Positions 18,491-27,207 of a stretch of DNA of 64,000 nucleotides are shown in pieces; positions within the stretch are counted from its first letter, which is position 1, and each line of letters opens with the position of its first letter. The DNA is taken from positions 51,544 through 115,543 of the IMG/VR virus record IMGVR_UViG_3300021399_000119, one strand, 5' to 3'. This DNA is from a virus (lineage: Duplodnaviria > Caudoviricetes). A model generated the notes under the pieces. That model made no database searches. It had not been told where the DNA came from and saw only the letters and a list, made by a program, of their open reading frames with translations. The translations under genes were made by a program, and so were the position numbers.

Positions 18491-19414
18491 TTATTCCTCC
18501 ATGATTGTTTCAATAAGATATTCTCTATGATTATGAGGCTCCAAGCTCATATCTTCATTTATAACTAAGACATTACATCCATAAGTCGCTGCAGTGCAAG
18601 CATCAATACCAATTAGTCCTGGATATTTTTTAGAAATAAAAATAGGATTAAAATCGCGATAATTATATTTTTTATCCTCTAATGTGTTCCAAAAATCTGA
18701 TGTGTGCCAATGTCCACAAACTACAATTCTATTTTTTAGTTCTTCAGAATCTTTTGTGTCTAAATAAATTTTATATGGGCACTCCCACGCAGCTTCTCTC
18801 CATTCTCGACTAGTAAGTCCATATTGCCTCCAATTTTCGCGCACACTATGTTTTACGCCCTCATCCTTAATATCTATTTCAGTAGGAATAAAAGCATGTA
18901 CGAAGATATAAGGGCCTAATTCATAATATGGAACCCACTCATCTGATTTTAGCCATTTTAATATTTCATTGATTTTACGATTATGATATAATCTATGTTC
19001 TAATTTATCTCTTTTTTCTAAATATTTATTATATTTTTCTTGAAAAGCAGGAGTCCCCCACAATGAATATATTAAAATATCTTCTTTTCTTTTTTCTTCT
19101 TCATAATCTTTTCCAATAATTTTGAATAAGGTTTGATATGTGCCATTGTGCAAATCATGATTCCAACATTCTTCTCTTTTTACTAACGCTTCTAATAGTT
19201 CTTCATGATTTCCTCTGATTAATATTCTTCGTTCTTTTGGAAAGTTTCTTAAAAAATTGTAAACTTCTAAAGGCTGGTCTCCTCTATCAAATATATCTCC
19301 GCAAACAATAAGTATATGGTCGGGATTTTCTTCTTCAAAGCCAGCCTTTAATAAAGCTTCATGAAAAATATCATAGAAACCATGAATATCTGAGGTAACA
19401 AAATACTTTTTCAT
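18491..19414 (-). CDS. calcineurin-like metallophosphoesterase
   Basis: SDIHG, GDIFDRG, RGNHE, FVHA and GHWH motifs. Confidence 0.93.
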   Translation of the reverse strand: MKKYFVTSDIHGFYDIFHEALLKAGFEEENPDHILIVCGDIFDRGDQPLEVYNFLRNFPKERRILIRGNHEELLEALVKREECWNHDLHNGTYQTLFKIIGKDYEEEKRKEDILIYSLWGTPAFQEKYNKYLEKRDKLEHRLYHNRKINEILKWLKSDEWVPYYELGPYIFVHAFIPTEIDIKDEGVKHSVRENWRQYGLTSREWREAAWECPYKIYLDTKDSEELKNRIVVCGHWHTSDFWNTLEDKKYNYRDFNPIFISKKYPGLIGIDACTAATYGCNVLVINEDMSLEPHNHREYLIETIMEE

Positions 19415-19425
19415 GTGATTATTTC

Positions 19426-21435
19426 CTACTTCTCATTTACTAAAGCAACTAATTTTTCCAATTCATATGAATGAATTACTTTTACGTTGTCTGATTCAGG
19501 CTTGTAATTATCATCACAAACAACATCTGCATCTGCAGGATTATTTACAACTTCTCCTCTGCACTCAAGAATTGAACCAATGTTAACTTCTAAGAAATTA
19601 GGATCTAAATATTTTTTAATATTGTCTATATTAAAATCATCAACAACCCTTGATTCATCTTCTACCATTAGATTTAAAATTATCATTTCTTTAGTATCTA
19701 AATCAATTACAAATGCCATGCATGCACGAGTATCTCCAAAAACTTTGAATTGGAGTTCAATATTTTTAGGATCCCAAGCTATAGTATTAAGATTATTTTT
19801 ATTTTGATAACCGCAATAGATCTCTCCCTGATTTAGTCTACCAGAGTATCCATGAAAAGATTGAACGATATATTTATAACCCTTGTTTTTCATTTCATCT
19901 AATTTAATATCAAAATATTCTGTTCCAGTTTTGTCCCTACAATCTCCAGAGAAAAGTATACTTTCTCCAAAAGGTTTAACGGAATAATTCCAGAAATTAA
20001 TTGTATCAATGCAAACTATTTCGCCATCTTCTTTTATACAAGAAAGTTCTGAATCAATATCAAAAACGTCTTTCCATGTAACAAAAGTTCTTATATAGTC
20101 TCCTTGACAAGCTAATCTAGAACCAGTTGGAATTACATCAATTCCTTTGCCTCCAGCTGAAGTATTAGAAGGAACGCCTAATTTATAAAATGAATCACTA
20201 ATATAAATCTTGCCTAAAGATGGGAGTTTTCGATAATATTCAAAAATCTTTTCAAGACAAACTTTGTGTAAGAACTTTATTGTTCCAGAACTTAATCTTG
20301 ACTTTCTCCATTTTGTTTCATATTCTGTTTCAACATGATGCTTAACTAAGCGGTTTTTAAAGAAAGTAAATATTCTTGGTTTTCCAGCTTCTTCTTCTAA
20401 AGAATTAACTAATTGATATAATACCATAGGATTTTTTACTTGAATCATATCAATAATTCTAATTGATTCTTCTGGATTAGCTCTAGATAATAACATTCTT
20501 AGATTACGTTCTAATAAAGAACCATTTGAAGCATAAACTTTTGCTGCTTCTAATACCTTACCTTCTTTTAATAAAGCAGTAGCCTTCTTTTGAGGAGAAT
20601 TATGAACAGCACGTGCTAATGTTTTATCATCAAGAGATCTATTAAAAGCAGTTAAAGAAAGTAATTTATTATAGTATTTTACTTGTTTTTTAGTCAAACG
20701 GCAATCTTTAGCATAATGTAAACATTCACTGAGTAATTGTGCAGATTTTGTATCCATAGCATCTGCCAAATCTTTTTTATGTTCTCCAAGCAATTTAATA
20801 GAGAGCTTTACTAAATCTTTTTTATCCAAAAAAGAAGCAAAACTAACATCATATTCTAATAAATTGAAGACATTATCTTTGCATCGAATATCCCATTCAG
20901 GATCTACGAAGCCTTGTTTATACAATTCTTTAAATTCTTCAACCTCATCATTATTAAAAGGTCTTGTATAATCACAGTAAGCTTTTGCGATATCGGCATA
21001 AATATTTACTGCTTGTTCTAAACTAATAATTTTAAATTCACGTAATTTAATTTCATCTCCTTGCTTATATTCAGGAAGATCTTTTTTAAATAATTCTACT
21101 CTATCATAAATACCTGTTCCAGTTTCTACTAAAAAATAAGATACTAATTGTTCTATTAAAAGTTCGCTTTTAGTATAATATCTTGTATCCTGAGGATTTT
21201 TATAAAAAGAATCTGGGACATTAAGAAGAAAAACATCTGATATATCTTCTACCATTTCTGGAGTTAATGCTTGTGGTTTATCTACCACAATTCCAAAATT
21301 AGATAATAAATATGCATTTAAATATGCAACTTTATTAGCATCTAAACATTTTGAATTGTTTTCAGCAAAACACTTCAAATTGCTTGCAACAAGAAAACGT
21401 CTTGTTACTAAAATTTTGTGTAAAAATGTGATCAT
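19426..21435 (-). CDS. large helical protein with C-terminal TerD-like domain
   Basis: Long alpha-helical N-terminus; C-terminal FVTW..FDIDSE..FSGD..EYFDI resembles TerD-type beta-sandwich motifs. Confidence 0.65.
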   Translation of the reverse strand: MITFLHKILVTRRFLVASNLKCFAENNSKCLDANKVAYLNAYLLSNFGIVVDKPQALTPEMVEDISDVFLLNVPDSFYKNPQDTRYYTKSELLIEQLVSYFLVETGTGIYDRVELFKKDLPEYKQGDEIKLREFKIISLEQAVNIYADIAKAYCDYTRPFNNDEVEEFKELYKQGFVDPEWDIRCKDNVFNLLEYDVSFASFLDKKDLVKLSIKLLGEHKKDLADAMDTKSAQLLSECLHYAKDCRLTKKQVKYYNKLLSLTAFNRSLDDKTLARAVHNSPQKKATALLKEGKVLEAAKVYASNGSLLERNLRMLLSRANPEESIRIIDMIQVKNPMVLYQLVNSLEEEAGKPRIFTFFKNRLVKHHVETEYETKWRKSRLSSGTIKFLHKVCLEKIFEYYRKLPSLGKIYISDSFYKLGVPSNTSAGGKGIDVIPTGSRLACQGDYIRTFVTWKDVFDIDSELSCIKEDGEIVCIDTINFWNYSVKPFGESILFSGDCRDKTGTEYFDIKLDEMKNKGYKYIVQSFHGYSGRLNQGEIYCGYQNKNNLNTIAWDPKNIELQFKVFGDTRACMAFVIDLDTKEMIILNLMVEDESRVVDDFNIDNIKKYLDPNFLEVNIGSILECRGEVVNNPADADVVCDDNYKPESDNVKVIHSYELEKLVALVNEK

Positions 21436-21483
21436 AATTTTTTTGCCTTCCTTAAAAATTTTAAAAAATTAGAGTAGCAAAAA

Positions 21484-21538
21484 AGGCCCAGCTAAAATAA
21501 AAATTCCTATATTTTTGTACGAAATAAGCATGGGCTCT
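21484..21538 (-). ncRNA. novel bulged-stem RNA motif, copy A
   Basis: AGAGCCCATGCTTATTTC-...-AGCTGGGCCT; covaries with copies B and C. Confidence 0.7.
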
Positions 21539-21545
21539 GTTGTCT

Positions 21546-21604
21546 AGGCCTAACTTGGGTATTATCCGAAGAATGAAGGGTAAAATGAAATAAGTATAGG
21601 CTCT
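21546..21604 (-). ncRNA. novel bulged-stem RNA motif, copy B
   Basis: AGAGCCTATACTTATTTC-...cUUCGg...-AGTTAGGCCT. Confidence 0.7.
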
Positions 21605-21625
21605 CTAATTTGTTTTAGCTATTTT

Positions 21626-21860
21626 GGTAAGAGGTCGCTACCCCGACGTTTGTTCTTTTTACGAATGAACGAAGTTCCGTCATCTTGCATATACGGATAA
21701 AGATTCACGATTCATTATCAGACCGCCTCTTTTTCGATGTCCGCAGACAGAAGTAACGACGCTATAACCTTAGCGTAAGAGTGTATTTAAACATAACACA
21801 CAAGTCTTTCTATTTGAATTACCAGTTCGAGGTCGAAAAGACCCCGCGGTAAGAACCGCC
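21626..21860 (-). ncRNA. putative ~235-nt structured RNA
   Basis: GC-enriched, ORF-free segment with at least five hairpins. Confidence 0.5.
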
Positions 21861-21864
21861 TAAA

Positions 21865-22164
21865 TTAAAACCAACTTTTATTGGCTTGGCGTTTTTTAAA
21901 ATTATAAGTATTATTTTTACCCATAAACACTTCTTGTCCATCTCTGTGATAAGCAGAAACTTTTCTACCTTCGCGATATTCTTCTTCTGTTATCTCGACA
22001 GTTTTTAGAGGAACTTTGCTATGCTTAACGCTTGGCATCTTTCTTGCTAAACACATAGCATGATAAGCATTTTGAGCTTTAAAATAAAACACAGTTTCTA
22101 AAGAATTACCCATTCCCATGTGACCTCTTTCGACAGTCACTTTATAATATTTTAAGTTTTCCAT
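21865..22164 (-). CDS. basic hypothetical protein (GH.G / P.VKH motif)
   Basis: YYKVTVERGHMG...ARKMPSVKH; GAGGTG RBS. Confidence 0.75.
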   Translation of the reverse strand: MENLKYYKVTVERGHMGMGNSLETVFYFKAQNAYHAMCLARKMPSVKHSKVPLKTVEITEEEYREGRKVSAYHRDGQEVFMGKNNTYNFKKRQANKSWF

Positions 22165-22195
22165 TAAATCACCTCTTTCATTTACTTACACTAAT

Positions 22196-22224
22196 ATTAT
22201 ATCATATTAAGTAAAACATGTCAA
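22196..22224 (-). promoter_or_regulatory. sigma70-type promoter
   Basis: TTGACA-17-TATAAT with TGn. Confidence 0.85.
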
Positions 22225-22275
22225 GAACTTTTTACAAAAAAATAAAAATAAATAAAATCGGCCTTTTATTGACTT

Positions 22276-22345
22276 CGTTTGTGAGAAGATTAACTTTTAA
22301 ACCTGATTAGTTGTACAGTTAATCTTCTCAGAAACGCATTTTAGG
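22276..22345. repeat. dispersed imperfect palindrome, copy 1
   Basis: cgtttgtgagaagattaac...gttaatcttctcagaaacg followed by cattttagg. Confidence 0.65.
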
Positions 22346-22366
22346 AGGGTATAATATTAGGACAAA

Positions 22367-23062
22367 CTAAAGAATATCGTCGATATCTTTGATAACTTCG
22401 TCTACAACTCCAAGTTCTAATAATTGAGCTGCAGGAATGTACCATTGCTTGTCTTTATATTTTTGTAACATCTTTGCATCAATCTTTGAATGAGCCATGA
22501 TGTTTTCTTTGATCAATTTTAATTGTCTTTCGTAATTGCTTTGAGCACTACGAACGTCTTCTGCATTACCTTGCATTTGTGCAGAGCCTTCATGGAATAA
22601 TCCTGTAGAATTTTCTAAAGCAAATCTCTTATGGCCGTTGATTAAAGTCATAAAAGCTCCACTATAAGCAATACCCATATTATAAGTATAAATAGGAGTC
22701 TTGCTAATATTCATAAGTGAGACTAAAGATAAAGTTGCATTTAAATCTCCACCATAGCAATAAATCAATAATTTAATTGGTTTTCTTTCTTCTACTGGAA
22801 GTCCTTTATCTTCTTTGTTCCATTGTAAAATTTGTTTCTCAATATTTAAAATAGTTGGTGAAATTGAATTTTCTTCAATATTAATTTCTAAGTCAATCCA
22901 AATTGTTCTATCTTTTAAATTTGAAATAAATAAATTCTCTGCGTGTAATTCTAAAGCGTCTTTTGAACCATCTTTAGCGAATTGATCCATGACATCGTCC
23001 ACAATCTTATCAATATCAAGTGGTGCGCTTGTCTCTAATACTATATTTTTGTTTTGTTTCAT
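22367..23062 (-). CDS. clpP: ClpP-like serine protease subunit
   Basis: IKLLIYCYGGD, GIAYSGA (catalytic Ser), KRFALENSTGLFH, LELGVVDEVI. Confidence 0.88.
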   Translation of the reverse strand: MKQNKNIVLETSAPLDIDKIVDDVMDQFAKDGSKDALELHAENLFISNLKDRTIWIDLEINIEENSISPTILNIEKQILQWNKEDKGLPVEERKPIKLLIYCYGGDLNATLSLVSLMNISKTPIYTYNMGIAYSGAFMTLINGHKRFALENSTGLFHEGSAQMQGNAEDVRSAQSNYERQLKLIKENIMAHSKIDAKMLQKYKDKQWYIPAAQLLELGVVDEVIKDIDDIL

Positions 23063-23086
23063 TTATTATAAACCGAACCTTTCTTT

Positions 23087-23290
23087 CTAATAATCTTTTT
23101 GATTTTTTCTTACGATTGATGCTTTTAGTTTTTTAGCGCGACGTGCTTGTTCTTTTCTGATATCGCTTGGCTTCAAAAAATATTCACGTCTACGACATTC
23201 ATTCATAATATCGTCTTTCATGACTTTTTTGTTGAAACGTTTTAAAGCACTATTAATGTCTTCGCCTTCGTGTAAAACAATTTTTGCCAT
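23087..23290 (-). CDS. rpsU: ribosomal protein bS21
   Basis: EGEDINSALKRFNKK...ECRRREYFLKPS. Confidence 0.92.
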   Translation of the reverse strand: MAKIVLHEGEDINSALKRFNKKVMKDDIMNECRRREYFLKPSDIRKEQARRAKKLKASIVRKNQKDY

Positions 23291-23295
23291 AAGTT

Positions 23296-24063
23296 TTATT
23301 CTTCGCCCCCTTCAGTAGTTTTTTCTTCTACAACTTCTTCTGCAGCAACTTCTAAACCATCTTCTTGAGGTTGTTCTTCTGTCTCTGGAGTAGTTGTTTC
23401 TTTTTCTAAAATATTTTGAAGAATAGAATCCATGTTTTGCCATTCTACTGGGTCAGCAATAACTTTCTTTCCATCTTCGTGTTCTTCTAAAGCTTCTCTG
23501 ATGCTTACGATTTGTTTAGTTTCTTCATAAGTGTCGATATCTAAAGCATCACATAACTTTAACGACTCTTTTACATTTGCAATTTGATTTTCTAAATCTT
23601 CTATTTTTTGAGGATTTACATAAGTATTTTCTAATTCAGAATAAACAAATAAATCTGAATATAAATCAAAAAGTAAAGTTTTACTAAAATCAGTGTCTTT
23701 TTCAGCATCTACATAATGTAAAGCTAAAAGACCATTTCTATTTTTATCTTCTGGATCTCTGAAAAGAGTGAATTCTTCTTCTTTATTTTCTTCAACCCAT
23801 GCTTTAAATTCATCTGATAAATATTTTGGTGGTCTAGACATTATACCTTCATAATTTAATTTTGCCTTAGTTCCATCAGGGAATAAATCCCAGTTATCCT
23901 TATGTGCAATTAAATCCATAGGTAAATAAGGTTTTAACCATGAAATGTCTTGACCTTTTTGAATTCCATCTATTGCATACATTAAAGCAAAATCTTGCAA
24001 AGTGTAATGTGTTTTATGTGCTTTATTATAAGCTTTTCTTTTATCTCTGTTTGGTAATCTCAT
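23296..24063 (-). CDS. hypothetical protein with acidic tail
   Basis: 255-aa ORF. Confidence 0.75.
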   Translation of the reverse strand: MRLPNRDKRKAYNKAHKTHYTLQDFALMYAIDGIQKGQDISWLKPYLPMDLIAHKDNWDLFPDGTKAKLNYEGIMSRPPKYLSDEFKAWVEENKEEEFTLFRDPEDKNRNGLLALHYVDAEKDTDFSKTLLFDLYSDLFVYSELENTYVNPQKIEDLENQIANVKESLKLCDALDIDTYEETKQIVSIREALEEHEDGKKVIADPVEWQNMDSILQNILEKETTTPETEEQPQEDGLEVAAEEVVEEKTTEGGEE

Positions 24064-24072
24064 TATTTTCTC

Positions 24073-25050
24073 CTAATTTGCAATATATTTATAATTCGAG
24101 AATTTATATGAAACCTTATCTTGTCCCCCCAAAGTTTTGTATAGAAGGTCTAAAGATTGAGGTTGCATAAGTAACCCTATTTTATCTAAAATTTCTGCTG
24201 TCACTGTTTCTGCATCAGCGCTATTTTCTAAACGTAAAATTCCATCTGTTAAATCATTACCGTTCCCTGTTCTTGGATTCATCTGACCAAAAAATCCTCT
24301 ATTATCTGTGACTCTTTGTTGGATGTTATCAATGTTTACAGTTGGAATGAATTTGATGGTGATACCTTGTTCAATAACTTCTGTAGCGCCAACCCCCTCT
24401 GGAGTAAATATATATAATTTATTTAAACCTTGTCGTTGGGCATTAACAATAACATTTTGTCTAATCCAATTCATTTTTGCTTGTTCTGAAGTAATAGGAA
24501 CGACACCATCTCCATTACGGTTGATCAAACCAAACCCCGTAGAGAATCCATCAACTCTTGTTGTTAATTGTTTGAATTCTTCATTATCAGGAAAATCTCG
24601 CACCCATTCATACAAGTCTCTATCATTGATTGGTTTATCAACCCCCCAAGGAAATCGTTCGTGTTCTAATTTTTCTCTTTTTGCACGGATTACTTTTTCA
24701 CATGCTTGGGCAAGCAAACCTCTTTTACAGTCACAATTAAGAACACCGATTTGGTCTGAACCACCTGGGTTGACATCAACACGAGTTGTGAATATTTTTG
24801 AAAATTCACTATAATCCAAATCCAATGTAGTTTTTTCTGACGTTGTATTTTGGTTAATCATATCTTTATCATTTAGAATAGGATAATTTTTTACAAGTGA
24901 ATAGACATTGTTATCAAAAATAGTTTTTACTTGTGCAGCGTTAATTAGCTCAGGAGCAATAGACCTAGCTTTTTGTTGCACGAATGCTTTTGTATGCTGT
25001 GCTTGAACTTGTACACTATAATGTACTGACCCGTTTTCTAAAACTCCCAT
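24073..25050 (-). CDS. hypothetical protein
   Basis: 325-aa ORF. Confidence 0.75.
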   Translation of the reverse strand: MGVLENGSVHYSVQVQAQHTKAFVQQKARSIAPELINAAQVKTIFDNNVYSLVKNYPILNDKDMINQNTTSEKTTLDLDYSEFSKIFTTRVDVNPGGSDQIGVLNCDCKRGLLAQACEKVIRAKREKLEHERFPWGVDKPINDRDLYEWVRDFPDNEEFKQLTTRVDGFSTGFGLINRNGDGVVPITSEQAKMNWIRQNVIVNAQRQGLNKLYIFTPEGVGATEVIEQGITIKFIPTVNIDNIQQRVTDNRGFFGQMNPRTGNGNDLTDGILRLENSADAETVTAEILDKIGLLMQPQSLDLLYKTLGGQDKVSYKFSNYKYIAN

Positions 25051-25051
25051 A

Positions 25052-25411
25052 TTAGTTCTCCCCCAAGAATTGTTCTACAAGCTGTGGAAGATTTTCTTTT
25101 GGTGAAGCAATAACAGCTTTGAATAGTTCTAAAGATTTATTATATTCAGGAGTGGCACCTTGAGTTGCAACATAAATATCATATTTAACACCCTTACGGT
25201 TTGTAAATATTAACATAATATATTCTGGTTCAAGCTCCTCTATACTGACTTCATATTCATCGTCTGAAGAATAAGAAAGTTCAATTGTTCCATCTCCGAA
25301 AGGAACTTCATATCCATCTGTTGAATTAATCCATGCAATTTCTCCAGCTTTTGTTTTCTTAGTTAATTTATCAATAACTAACGGCATTTTCTTTTCTAAT
25401 TCTTCTGTCAT
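25052..25411 (-). CDS. hypothetical protein
   Basis: ORF from MTEEL with GGAG RBS. Confidence 0.7.
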   Translation of the reverse strand: MTEELEKKMPLVIDKLTKKTKAGEIAWINSTDGYEVPFGDGTIELSYSSDDEYEVSIEELEPEYIMLIFTNRKGVKYDIYVATQGATPEYNKSLELFKAVIASPKENLPQLVEQFLGEN

Positions 25412-25413
25412 GA

Positions 25414-26022
25414 TTATTCTCCTTGCTTGATGCAAAGCTCAACAAAAGAAGGAAGAGATTCGCACCATTTACAAAATTCTTGCCATTCTTTTAATTTATG
25501 ATTTTTTCTTTGCAAATACATTGTTTTCAATTGACGATAATTAGTAGTCATTGTAGCTCCTAAAACAAAACCACTAGGTAAGGAAGCTACTAATACTCTC
25601 CATGCTTTCTTTAATTCTTCTTGGCTGTAATCGCCCAATTGCATTTCATTATATTCGTTTAATAATTCTTTGTATCTATAAAGAATTATGTGGTCAGTAT
25701 CAGACACACATTGATCTTCAACACCAAATTTAGCTAATCTATGCATCGTAGATTGAGAAGAAATAAAATCTAAGAAATGGTATCTTTGAATTTGCTTCCA
25801 CATATACAAAGGTGCATATAAATCAAATTGGACTATCACACCGTTAAGAAAATTATCGTGGCCTTCCCCAGTGCCTGTTAATCCTAAATTAATGGCTCTT
25901 TTTAAGTCTTTTTCTGTTGGATCTCCAGTGTTATCTACCATCTTTGTTCTCATAGCATTTCCAGATGCTATGATTGATTTATTTAAACCATATACTTCTG
26001 TATTTTCGATATGAAATTCCAA
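25414..26022 (-). CDS. ThyX-fold-like phage protein
   Basis: GHDNFL..VQFDL.APLY.WKQ..RYHF...SQSTMH...NYRQLK..Y.QRKNHKL.EW. Confidence 0.6.
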   Translation of the reverse strand: MEFHIENTEVYGLNKSIIASGNAMRTKMVDNTGDPTEKDLKRAINLGLTGTGEGHDNFLNGVIVQFDLYAPLYMWKQIQRYHFLDFISSQSTMHRLAKFGVEDQCVSDTDHIILYRYKELLNEYNEMQLGDYSQEELKKAWRVLVASLPSGFVLGATMTTNYRQLKTMYLQRKNHKLKEWQEFCKWCESLPSFVELCIKQGE

Positions 26023-26043
26023 AATTATTTACCCCCGTTATTT

Positions 26044-26526
26044 TCATTTGATAAGTGCTCTTTTTATTTTTTCTAAAATATCTTCAACTAATTTTCTAGT
26101 ATTTTTATGTAAAACCATATCTTTATGATTCTCATACCAACTAAAAATTTCATCTAACTTATTAATTTTAAAACTAAACGACCACCAGTCACAAATCATT
26201 TCATAAACATAATTTTCAGGCATTTCTAATGCTTCTTCTGGTTCATCATCATGCTTTAAAACCCAATATTGCCAATGATGAGGGTTTGCATGGATATGAT
26301 GAAGCCAAGCATAATTAAAATCTGACTCTACTTTTTCAGTTTTTTCTTTACCATAAAAATATTCATCATAAGCGGAATATTCTTCCTCACTATACTTTGA
26401 AATGTCGTGCATAGTGATTTGTACATCTAAATTTTTAGTAATTATTTTATTTTCTCTTAACCAATTATAAGCTTTTTTAACATTGCTTCTATGTGTTATA
26501 ATATAATCTGTATAAGCTTTACTCAT
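26044..26526 (-). CDS. DUF5662-like HD-domain protein
   Basis: H..NV, HDISK, HHIHANPHHW, EMICDW. Confidence 0.8.
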   Translation of the reverse strand: MSKAYTDYIITHRSNVKKAYNWLRENKIITKNLDVQITMHDISKYSEEEYSAYDEYFYGKEKTEKVESDFNYAWLHHIHANPHHWQYWVLKHDDEPEEALEMPENYVYEMICDWWSFSFKINKLDEIFSWYENHKDMVLHKNTRKLVEDILEKIKRALIK

Positions 26527-26552
26527 TTCCTATTCTCCCAGCTTTCTAATCT

Positions 26553-26996
26553 TTATTCATCCTCATCAATAAACGCACTGATGATATGGTCGATGTCTTT
26601 AAAAGAGACACCCATTTTGACATAACCATCCATGTGGCCTTTTTCTGCTTTACGGCGAACTCTCTTTAATCTTGCAAATACAGAAGCAAGTTGAGAGTTA
26701 ATGTATCCTTCAAATTCTCTCTTTGTTGAAAGTTTGATTCCTTGAGCAGAACTAATAATGATTTTTTCGTACTCGTCACTATCATTAATTTTTTGGATAT
26801 CCTTTGTCATAGTCATTCTAGCTCGGCTGTCATGAAAATTATAATTACTATCATAAGGATAATACTTTGGAAGTGCATCAGCAATTGTTTGTTGAAGAGT
26901 ATAGTTGTTTCCTCTTCTCTTTAAAAAATTAAAAAGTTTTCTTTGGCGTCTTTCTTCTAAAGACATTGGAGCGTTAATTTCTGTAAAATTAGCCAT
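26553..26996 (-). CDS. putative winged-helix DNA-binding protein
   Basis: LFNFLK...IADAL...R..TKDIQKIN...IISS..G.KL pattern. Confidence 0.55.
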   Translation of the reverse strand: MANFTEINAPMSLEERRQRKLFNFLKRRGNNYTLQQTIADALPKYYPYDSNYNFHDSRARMTMTKDIQKINDSDEYEKIIISSAQGIKLSTKREFEGYINSQLASVFARLKRVRRKAEKGHMDGYVKMGVSFKDIDHIISAFIDEDE

Positions 26997-27072
26997 TTTT
27001 TATGATTTTTTCCCTTTCTGATAAAATGCTAGTTTTATCGTGATTTTAGACCTAAAATAGCCTCTAAAATCA

Positions 27073-27141
27073 TTTTGTGAGAAGTTTATGTTTATAAGTG
27101 CCCACCTATAAAAATTAAGCTTCTCACAGAGGCATTTTAGG
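27073..27141. repeat. dispersed imperfect palindrome, copy 2
   Basis: ttttgtgagaagttta...taagcttctcacagagg followed by cattttagg. Confidence 0.65.
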
Positions 27142-27161
27142 CCTGTTGTTTTTATGATATA

Positions 27162-27190
27162 ATTATATCATATTTTAGACAACTTGTCAA
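27162..27190 (-). promoter_or_regulatory. sigma70-type promoter
   Basis: TTGACA-17-TATAAT with TGn. Confidence 0.85.
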
Positions 27191-27207
27191 GCGATTTTGA
27201 TAGTTAC

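Noticed and set aside
21484-21604. Mini CRISPR array interpretation of the tandem motif
   Set aside because: Each unit is a self-closing covarying stem around its insert rather than identical repeats separated by spacers; no cas operon is present, and the Cas4-like nuclease sits in the replication block
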